This document shows positions 14,455 to 21,168 of a stretch of DNA of 27,404 bases, piece by piece. The stretch is from a virus (Duplodnaviria > Heunggongvirae > Uroviricota > Caudoviricetes): positions 1 to 27,404 of IMG/VR virus record IMGVR_UViG_3300027819_000008. One strand, 5' to 3'. The notes beneath the pieces were generated by a model. It made no database searches and had not been told where the DNA came from. It saw only the letters and a program-made list of their open reading frames with translations. Both the position numbers and the translations under genes were made by a program. How positions within the stretch are numbered: position 1 is the first letter of the stretch; each line of letters starts with the position of its first letter.

Positions 14455-15848
14455 TGCGTCGCCCGCCACGGAGGCACGGGGCTGATCGGGTCGCCCTCGA
14501 TCTGGCTCCGCACCGTCCCGTTCTTGATCGCAGTCACCGTTACCTCCATCGCCTCGCGGCACGCCCGCAGCGTCTCCCCGAGCTCCGCGTGCCCGTGCGC
14601 CAGCGACACGTTGAGCCCGTCCGGGTGGAACAGCACGCCGCGCCGGGCACACTCCTGGAAGAACAGCGACGCGCGGTGCCGGTTCTTCTTGGGCGTAATT
14701 GCTATGTGGCCACTGAGCCCAAACGGGCCCTCCTCCACCTCGTCCCACACGATGCGCGGGTGCGGCGGCTGCCCCTCCATGCGCGTCGGCGCGCCGCACA
14801 CCTTGGCCAGCGTGTTGTAACGGTCCATGAGGATTCGCCCGGTGATCCACATGTGACCCGTCACGTCGTCGTGCCAGAGCGCTTTGGTATACGGCGGATG
14901 CAGGATCGGCACCGAAAGAGGTCTCTGCGCGTACCGCTCCATGACGGCCGACGCCGCCGCGAGCCCGACGCAGTCGCCGCCGAAGGTCCCTGACGCGAGG
15001 ACGGCGTGCCGCATGACCTCGGCCCTGCCCACCAGCGCGGCGATCGGGTAGCCGTTGCCCATCCCCTTCCCGAACGTCGCGAGGTCAGGCGTGACGCCGC
15101 AGAGCGCCTGGTACCCGCCGGCGTGCCAGCGGAAGCCGGTCACCATCTCGTCGAAGATCAGGACGGCGCCGATCCTGGTCGCGCGCTCGCGCACGCCCTC
15201 CAGGAAGCCGGGCGCCGGCGCCTCGAACAGCGTCGGCTCCATGATGATGGCCGCGACACCACCCGTTGACGCGACGGACTGCTTGATACGGCCTCCCTCC
15301 ACCCACGCCTGGGGGCCCTCTGCCCAATCAATCGCCTCGTCCAGGGACCCCAGGTCGTTGTACCTGAACGTCCGCACCAGCCCCTTCATGGCCTGCGGCA
15401 CGCCGGGGGAGTGCTCGCGCGTCGCCGCGTACCAGCTGTGCCACGAGTGGTAGCCGCACACGAGCACGACCTCGCGGCCGGTGTGCGCGCGGGCCGTGCG
15501 GATCGCCGCCTCCGTCGCCTCGCTGCCGGTCTTCAGGTAGCGGACGGCCTCGGCGCACGGGATGAGGGCGTGGAGCTGCTCGGCCACGCGCTCCTCCAGC
15601 TTCACGTCGGGCAGCGAGAAGATCGGGCCGCGCTCGACCTGCCGGCGCACGGCCTGGTCCACGTCCAGGTCATGGTAACCGAGGCTGATCGCCCCGAGCG
15701 CGCAGATCCAGTCGATGTAGTTCGCATCGTCCGTGGCTCTGACGCGCGCGCCGCTTGGGAGCGCCCACTTGATTCCGGCCGGGTACGCGCCCGGGAACCT
15801 GGACCTCATCTTGGACAGCGTCTGGGCGCCCCCGACGACTCGGCTCAC
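14451..15848 (-). CDS. Class-III PLP aminotransferase (GSA-aminomutase-like, sugar-cluster type)
   Basis: GGAQTLSK, YIDWICALGAISLGY, KTGSEATEAAIRTAR, GYHSW, IMEP, LIFDEMVTGFR, PDLATFGKGMGNGYPIAALVG, SGTFGG; own GGAGG SD and GTGA overlap at 15848. Confidence 0.9.
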   Translation of the reverse strand: MSRVVGGAQTLSKMRSRFPGAYPAGIKWALPSGARVRATDDANYIDWICALGAISLGYHDLDVDQAVRRQVERGPIFSLPDVKLEERVAEQLHALIPCAEAVRYLKTGSEATEAAIRTARAHTGREVVLVCGYHSWHSWYAATREHSPGVPQAMKGLVRTFRYNDLGSLDEAIDWAEGPQAWVEGGRIKQSVASTGGVAAIIMEPTLFEAPAPGFLEGVRERATRIGAVLIFDEMVTGFRWHAGGYQALCGVTPDLATFGKGMGNGYPIAALVGRAEVMRHAVLASGTFGGDCVGLAAASAVMERYAQRPLSVPILHPPYTKALWHDDVTGHMWITGRILMDRYNTLAKVCGAPTRMEGQPPHPRIVWDEVEEGPFGLSGHIAITPKKNRHRASLFFQECARRGVLFHPDGLNVSLAHGHAELGETLRACREAMEVTVTAIKNGTVRSQIEGDPISPVPPWRATQ

Positions 15849-17027
15849 GGCAGCACCTCCGGTAACTTGAACTCGAAGATCGGAATGTCCTGTGCGTGGC
15901 TCAGCCGCTCGGCCTCCTGGGAGCCGACGTGCACCCACCGGCCCTCCCGTGACACGAGCGGCATGCGCGCGGCACAGGTCGCAGGCGGCGGGCTGAGGTC
16001 CGGCGGCCTTGGGCTGGGGGCCCCCGCCGGTCGTACAGCCCCGGGGGTGGAGTTGCTGCACGACCGAGAGCTCCACGAGCTCAAGCGCCCCGCCGTCCGG
16101 TCGTACCAACCACGCCGGCTCCAGCGTCCACCGCTCCGGCAGCGCCGCGCCGGGCGCGAGCTCCAGCGCCCAGCCGTCACCCAGCCGCCTGACCCGCCCG
16201 AGCGGCGGGAGGCTCAGACTGTGGTGGTCTAGGACGAGGGGGTTCTTGAAGAAGTTCTCCACCAGGATCGGGATGGCGGTGGAGAGCGGAGGACTCGAAC
16301 CTCCCGCCTCAGTAGCTTGCCCCTCGGTCTTGGCACCGAGGGCTGGGCCCGCCTGCGCGGCCGCCCGGCCGCTTGCTCCCCTCGCCCGCTCCCACGCCAG
16401 CAGCACGTCGCCGGCGCCGCACTCGACTAGGCGCACGCCGCCCGAGTCGTCGACCGCGTGGACGTCCCAGATCGTGCGGCGGTCGGCGCCGCCGATGCTG
16501 CCGCCCGCGTTCGTGTGGTGGGGCACGTGCGCGCGGCATAGGTCGCAGCGCTGGCCGGCCACCTGCATGAAGGACATGCCCCACATGCCGAAGACCTGGT
16601 TCCACACCCCACGGTCCCACGCGAACCCCGCGCGCTGGAACGCGCGCTGCGAGGGGACGTTGCCGGAGTGGATGACCGCGAGGAGGTCCCGCGCCCCGAG
16701 GCGCACCGCCTGCTCGGCCGCCATCTGAATCATCGGCGTCGCCAGGCGGTGGCCGCGCCACTCGGGCGCGATCGTGATGCTCACCTCCACCAGGTCGGTC
16801 CCCACGTGGTCCAGCCGATACGTCCCGACGGTCCCGTACATGGCCCGGCTGGCGACCATCAGCCGGCGGTCGGGTGCGCCCAGGGAGGTGCGCAGCCACG
16901 CGAGGTGCTGGACCTCCCGGACGGGCTCGGAAACGACTGACCACTGCAGCGTGCCGGGATCGTTGCGCCACGCCAGCAGGAGCCCCGCGTCGTCTAGGGT
17001 CGCCGGGCGGGCGGTCAGCGCGATCAT
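15845..17027 (-). CDS. PseH-like GNAT N-acetyltransferase fused to a mosaic C-terminal region; coding frame changes near 15964
   Basis: RPATLDDAGLLLAWRND...HLAWLR...VGTYRLD...EVSITIAPEWRGHRLA...IHSGNVPSQRAFQRAGF. The frame continues ~210 aa; codon bias moves at 15964 to the frame (MPLVSREGRWVH...) that ends at TGA 15845. Confidence 0.75.
15964..16548. repeat. 21-nt direct repeat (20/21 identical), 564 bp apart, each encoding CDLCRAH
   Basis: tgcgcgcggcacaggtcgcag (15964-15984) vs tgcgcgcggcataggtcgcag (16528-16548). Confidence 0.85.
16274..16381 (-). ncRNA. tRNA-like element (Ala identity, no canonical anticodon arm) embedded in the ORF
   Basis: GGGGAGC/GCTCTCC-A-CC(G CCA) acceptor with G3.U70; 6-bp arm GCGGCC-GGGC-GGCCGC; CCCTCGGT-GCCAAG-ACCGAGGG; perfect T-arm GGAGG-TTCGAGT-CCTCC. 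Confidence 0.6.
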
Positions 17028-18052
17028 ACCTCGCGCACCATGCGGACAAGCTCCGCCACGTCCAGCCACCGGTGCGGCGCGTCGCTGGTGTAGGCCGCGG
17101 TCCGCCGCACGGAGGTCGGGTGGTCCCAGGCCTCGCGCCACGAATGGTGCGCCGGATAGATGACCGCCTCGGCGAAGTCGTTGGTGTAGCCGTCCAGCAG
17201 GTAGGTGCGCGAAGGCTCTTCGCGGGACAGCAGCGCCTCGTGCAGCTTCTCTCCGCCCGGGCGCAGGCCGACCACGATGCGGGGACCCGCCCGCATCAGT
17301 CCCGCGAACTCCTGCTGCGCGATGCGAGTTCGCCAGTCCCGCTCCACCGCGTCGGCCAGCGCCGACATGGAAGCGGCCGGGAGCAGCGGCACGAAGACCT
17401 CCCCGCCCTCCATGCGCTCGAGCGAGCGCATGACGAAGCGCGCGGCTTGTGAGAGCGTGATGATGAACCGGGTCATCAGCGGGTCCGTGATCGCCAGGGG
17501 CTCCCCGCGCCGCAGCTGGTCACGCCAGACGTGGACCACGCTGCCGCGCGAGCCGAGGACGTTGCCGTAGCGCACGCACGCGACGCGGGTCCCCCGGGGC
17601 TGCGCGTAGGTGTTGCTCTGCACCGCGTAGCACTCCGCGACCGCCTTGCTCATGCCGTAGAGGTTGGTGGCCTCGCAGGCCTTGTCGGAGGACACGACGA
17701 GGACCCGCCCAACACCGACCGCCGTGGCCGCACGAACCACGTTGATTGTCCCCTGCACGTTGGTCTTGACGATCTCCTCCGGGGAGTAGACCGAGTGGCC
17801 GATCCGCTTCAGCGCGGCCGCGTGGACCACGACGTCGCAGCCCCGGAAGACCTCCTCCAGGCGCTGCTCGTCGCGCACGTCGGCCAGCTGGCACTTCAGC
17901 GGCGCGTAGTCCGCGTACCGCTCGGCGAGGTCCCCGCCCTTGACCTCGTCCCGGGACAGCGCGACCAGGCGCGTCACCGGCCAGCGCTCGCGCAGCAGCT
18001 CGATCAGCGCCCCACCCAGCGACCCCGTCGCGCCCGTGATGGCGATCTTCAC
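17024..18052 (-). CDS. pseB: UDP-GlcNAc 4,6-dehydratase (inverting), PseB/FlaA1 family
   Basis: ITGATGSLG, ALSRDEVK, VVHAAALK, KTNVQGT, VSSDKACEATNLYGMSK, VRYGNVLGSRGSVV, ITDPLMTRF, GGEVFVP, GLRPGGEKLHE. Confidence 0.93.
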   Translation of the reverse strand: MKIAITGATGSLGGALIELLRERWPVTRLVALSRDEVKGGDLAERYADYAPLKCQLADVRDEQRLEEVFRGCDVVVHAAALKRIGHSVYSPEEIVKTNVQGTINVVRAATAVGVGRVLVVSSDKACEATNLYGMSKAVAECYAVQSNTYAQPRGTRVACVRYGNVLGSRGSVVHVWRDQLRRGEPLAITDPLMTRFIITLSQAARFVMRSLERMEGGEVFVPLLPAASMSALADAVERDWRTRIAQQEFAGLMRAGPRIVVGLRPGGEKLHEALLSREEPSRTYLLDGYTNDFAEAVIYPAHHSWREAWDHPTSVRRTAAYTSDAPHRWLDVAELVRMVREV

Positions 18053-18495
18053 TCTCGCGTCTTCTTCCCCGGGCGCCGGGCCCGCTTCTTGGACTTCTCC
18101 ACGTACTCGGCCACCGCCTTGCGGAGCTTCGGCGAGTCCGCGAGCTTGGAACACAGGGCCCGCCGCCACGCCGGAAGGTCGGTCAGGTGGCAGATGAGCG
18201 TCTCCCAGATGAACTGCAGCGCCTGCGCCGGCAGCACCGCAAGCAGCGGCGTCGGGCGCCGGCACGACTCTTTGACGAGCACCACGGGGACGCGGCCGGT
18301 GTCGATCCCGAGGACCGTCATCTCCTCCACCAAGCGCGTCAGCTCCGCGAGCGGCTGCTTGGCCGGGTTCTTGACCTGTGCGGCGAAATGGTCGGACTTG
18401 ACGTCCACCCGCCCGCCCTCGTTGGCCCAGTGCCGCGTGGAGCCGAGGCAGGCCGCCGCGTCGCGCTCCACCTGCTTCCAGCCGGTCTTACTCAC
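18049..18495 (-). CDS. PD-(D/E)xK nuclease, Holliday-junction-resolvase-like
   Basis: GWKQVERDAAACLG..R...VDVKSDHFAAQVK; PVVLVK. Confidence 0.55.
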   Translation of the reverse strand: MSKTGWKQVERDAAACLGSTRHWANEGGRVDVKSDHFAAQVKNPAKQPLAELTRLVEEMTVLGIDTGRVPVVLVKESCRRPTPLLAVLPAQALQFIWETLICHLTDLPAWRRALCSKLADSPKLRKAVAEYVEKSKKRARRPGKKTRE

Positions 18496-18965
18496 GGCTG
18501 CGCGAGCTCCCGCACGAAGTACGAATAACCAGGACTGGGGTACCACACGTCGCCGGCGTGGACCCAGACCGAGCCCGGGGCCTTGGCCTCCCGCATCGTC
18601 CGCTCGTGGTGGGCCTCGTTGGACTTGTACACCACCATGCTCGCGCGGTCAGCCCCCATCGCAGCGGCCTTCTTGGCGAGGGCGTCGAGGATCTGGCCGC
18701 GGTAGCCGCGGCGCTGGTGATTGGGGAACACCCCGACGACCAGGGCGGCCTCGTCGTCGGTCGCGATCTTGGGATTCAGCAGGATGCCGCCCCACCCGAC
18801 CATGTCCTCACCCGCCGAGAACGCGAACGCGCGATCGTAGGATATCTCCGTCGGCGTGGAGGGCCAGTGGTAGGCCGCGCGGATGGCGTCGGGCCCGTGC
18901 AGCTCGCAGAATGCTCGGACGACCTTGAGCGTCTGCTGCGCGGTGAGCCGCTTGGCCTTGAGCAT
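18492..18965 (-). CDS. GNAT-family acetyltransferase
   Basis: VGWGGI, VGVFPNHQRRGY acetyl-CoA motif, MVVYKSNEA. Confidence 0.8.
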   Translation of the reverse strand: MLKAKRLTAQQTLKVVRAFCELHGPDAIRAAYHWPSTPTEISYDRAFAFSAGEDMVGWGGILLNPKIATDDEAALVVGVFPNHQRRGYRGQILDALAKKAAAMGADRASMVVYKSNEAHHERTMREAKAPGSVWVHAGDVWYPSPGYSYFVRELAQP

Positions 18966-18984
18966 TTGAGTTCCCCCTCCCACC

Positions 18985-19782
18985 TTAACCCAGCGTCCCC
19001 CGTGCCCACTCCCCGACCTTGCGCTCCAGATCCTGAACGGACCCATCGTTGACGAACTCGTGGTCCCACCCGGTGTACGTCCGGCAGAAGTCCTCGCTGA
19101 CGTGCGCCGCGCCGGCGTTGTTGATGGCGGAGACGTGACCCGGCCGCACGACGCGGACGACCAGCCCCCCGAGCGCGCGGACAGCCGCGGCCTCGTTGAG
19201 GAAGCGCACGTCCGGGGTCACCACGCGCTCCAGCTTGGTGGCGGAGACGTGACCCGGCCGCACGACGCGGACGACCAGCCCCCCGAGCGCGCGGACAGCC
19301 GCGGCCTCGTTGAGGAAGCGCACGTCCGGGGTCACCACGCGCTCCAGCTTGGTGGCGGCCTCCGCATACCGCTTGACCCAGTAGTCCGGATCGTCGTGCC
19401 GCCGGACCTCCGTCCCGTACTCCTGCAGCAGGCGCCGCACGGTCGGGCGCTTGTGCTCCCAGACCTCCCACCGCAGGCGCCGGCCCCACCACGCCTCGTC
19501 CTTATCCAACTCCCGGCGCCATAGCAGGTCGTCGGGAACAGTTCGCTTCATGGAAGTGTGGCCGCCGGCGGCTGAGTATGCCAGCATCGGGGTCGCGTCG
19601 TGGTAGTCGCTGTAGATGGCCGAGCGCACGACCTCCTTGAGGGTCAGGCGCAGGCGTCCCATAATTTCCCAGCGCAACGCGTCTGACATGCGCAGGACTG
19701 TGAACCCATGCTCCCGCCGGAGGTACCCGGCGATGACGTCCTTGCCGTGCTCCATCTCTCCACCGATGCCGACGACAACCAT
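18985..19782 (-). CDS. Deoxynucleoside-monophosphate kinase-like protein with a 38-aa internal duplication
   Basis: VGIGGEMEHGKDVIA P-loop, MSDALR, RRLLQEYGTEVRR, DYWV, VTPDVRFLNEA (x2), HVSE, VNDGSVQDL. Confidence 0.88.
   Translation of the reverse strand: MVVVGIGGEMEHGKDVIAGYLRREHGFTVLRMSDALRWEIMGRLRLTLKEVVRSAIYSDYHDATPMLAYSAAGGHTSMKRTVPDDLLWRRELDKDEAWWGRRLRWEVWEHKRPTVRRLLQEYGTEVRRHDDPDYWVKRYAEAATKLERVVTPDVRFLNEAAAVRALGGLVVRVVRPGHVSATKLERVVTPDVRFLNEAAAVRALGGLVVRVVRPGHVSAINNAGAAHVSEDFCRTYTGWDHEFVNDGSVQDLERKVGEWARGTLG
19125..19358. repeat. Perfect 114-bp tandem duplication (2 copies + 6 bp)
   Basis: 19125-19238 is identical to 19239-19352; bounded by the TGGCGG microhomology at 19125, 19239 and 19353. 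Confidence 0.97.
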
Positions 19783-19789
19783 GTGGCCT

Positions 19790-20335
19790 TTACCTCACGC
19801 GTTCCACGGGTCTGAGCTCCAGGTAGCGCCTTAAGAATTGAACCTCTGCCTCGCGGCGCTCCCAGACCCGAATCCTGGTATGCAGAGGGCGGAGGCCGGC
19901 GATGACGAGCGAGGGCTCCCGCGGAGGGTCGAAGAGGTCGCGCATCTCGGTGATCGCCAACCGGTCGTCCGCGACCTTGACCGAGCGCGGCATCTCCGCC
20001 CGGATGCCGAACGCCTCGGCGATCGCGCGCTGGACGCGGTCCTCTATCACCTGCCAGACCTCCCGCAGCTCCGGCAGGCGCTTGAGTCCCCGCGGCAGGT
20101 CCCCCAGAACGTACTCGTGCGCGTCGTGGAACAGGCCCTCCAGCGCGTCCTCGGGGTCGCAGACCAGGGAGGAGATGACCGAATGCTGCGCGGTGGTGAT
20201 CAGGACGTCGGAGCCTCCGACCCAGCGGTGCTGCCCCGCGAGGTGGTGCGCGATGTCCACGAGCTTGATCGTCTTTGGGTCGGGGTCCAGCAGGTCGACG
20301 AGCTGCCCGCTCCAGGTCCGGACCGCGTACCTCAC
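19790..20335 (-). CDS. HD-domain 5'-deoxynucleotidase (YfbR/YfdR-like)
   Basis: TWSGQLVDLLDPDP.IKLVDIAHHLA..RWVG, TAQHSV, LFHDAHEYVLGDLPRGLK, VKVADDRLAITEMRDL. Confidence 0.9.
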   Translation of the reverse strand: MRYAVRTWSGQLVDLLDPDPKTIKLVDIAHHLAGQHRWVGGSDVLITTAQHSVISSLVCDPEDALEGLFHDAHEYVLGDLPRGLKRLPELREVWQVIEDRVQRAIAEAFGIRAEMPRSVKVADDRLAITEMRDLFDPPREPSLVIAGLRPLHTRIRVWERREAEVQFLRRYLELRPVERVR

Positions 20336-20562
20336 GCGCCGGCCGTCTCCGTCGGCTTGAACTGGCGCACGAACGCGACCGTCTTGGCCGTGATCCGGCC
20401 GTCCTTGGCCACGAGCACGGACAGCTTGAACAGGTTCTTCACGTCACGCCCGGTTAGCCCCGGGTCCACCTGCCGCTCGTCCCGGGAGCTCCACCCGACC
20501 GCGCTGGTCCCGAGCGCCTCCAGCTGCTTGAGCCCGAGGTCCTTCCGGATCGTGATGTTCAC
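20332..20562 (-). CDS. Hypothetical 76-aa protein
   Basis: GGAG SD, GTGA overlap, GC3-rich. Confidence 0.6.
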   Translation of the reverse strand: MNITIRKDLGLKQLEALGTSAVGWSSRDERQVDPGLTGRDVKNLFKLSVLVAKDGRITAKTVAFVRQFKPTETAGA

Positions 20563-20726
20563 GGCGCGCTCTCCAGACCCATCGCGCGGGCCGTCGCAGG
20601 GTACCGCGCGGCGATCGCGAGGAGCCGGCACGGGTGCACGGCCCAGCACGGTTCGCAGGTGACCCACCGGCACGTGAAGCAGATGATGCGCGCACCGGCG
20701 TGGCAGGGAGGGGGGGCGGCCCCGAG

Positions 20727-20763
20727 CCGGGACGGCAGGGGGAGGGAAATCCTGCCGTCCCGG
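20727..20763. terminator. 13-bp GC-rich hairpin downstream of the Vsr-like gene (no U-tract; function uncertain)
   Basis: CCGGGACGGCAGG-(11 nt)-CCTGCCGTCCCGG. Confidence 0.35.
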
Positions 20764-20782
20764 TGGGCCCGAGCGGGCTGAC

Positions 20783-21160
20783 CTACGCCGTGCGGCGCAG
20801 AGCCCGGCCGCGCAGCTCCTCGCGGACTCGAGCGACGACCTGCGAGAGGTCCTGGTGCTCCCACCAGATGACCGCGCGGAACCCCGCGGCGTGGAGCCGC
20901 CGGAGCGACGCGCTGAACTCGCGCTTGCGATCGCGCACGCGGGCGCGCGCCAGGCGCGTCGTGGGCTTCGCGTGCTGCTTGCAGCCGTAGAGCTGGCACG
21001 TCTTCGCGAACACCGCGACCCGCTGCCTGTGCCAGCAGAGCGGCGCGCTTGGCCTCGTATCGTGTTCTGCGCACGCGACCTCCGCTTCGCGGGTCAGTCC
21101 GGCGGCCCGCAGCGCCTTGACCAGTCGAACTTCGGCGGTTACCTGAAACATGGGGCACAC
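20783..21160 (-). CDS. Vsr-like (very short patch repair) fold protein, catalytic motifs degenerate
   Basis: AEVRLVKALRAAGL...RVAVFAKTCQLYGCKQH..P...RD....LHAAGFRAVIWWEH aligns by eye with Vsr PELALRRALH..G...AVFVHGCFWHGC..H...RD...L..AGWRV..IWEC. Confidence 0.6.
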   Translation of the reverse strand: MCPMFQVTAEVRLVKALRAAGLTREAEVACAEHDTRPSAPLCWHRQRVAVFAKTCQLYGCKQHAKPTTRLARARVRDRKREFSASLRRLHAAGFRAVIWWEHQDLSQVVARVREELRGRALRRTA

Positions 21161-21168
21161 TCATGGGA

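Noticed and set aside
16274-16381. tRNA-Sec
   Set aside because: The D-arm geometry is similar, but there is no UCA anticodon, the acceptor is 7 bp with A73, and no selA/selB/selD is present.
14451-17141. 896-aa track ORF as a single GNAT-aminotransferase fusion
   Set aside because: The aminotransferase has its own GGAGG SD and GTGA-coupled start at 15848, and codons 15964-15849 in the long frame are A/T-ending and non-coding-like while another frame is coding.
19790-20335. DatZ of a 2-aminoadenine (Z-genome) system
   Set aside because: The motifs fit the YfbR/YfdR type, and no purZ or mazZ is in the window.
20559-20720. Cys-rich ORF (CFTCRWVTCEPC) ending in a GTGA overlap
   Set aside because: No in-frame start or SD between the 20727 hairpin and the motif; it may be a fragment or frameshifted at the G-run near 20710, so it is not listed as a gene.
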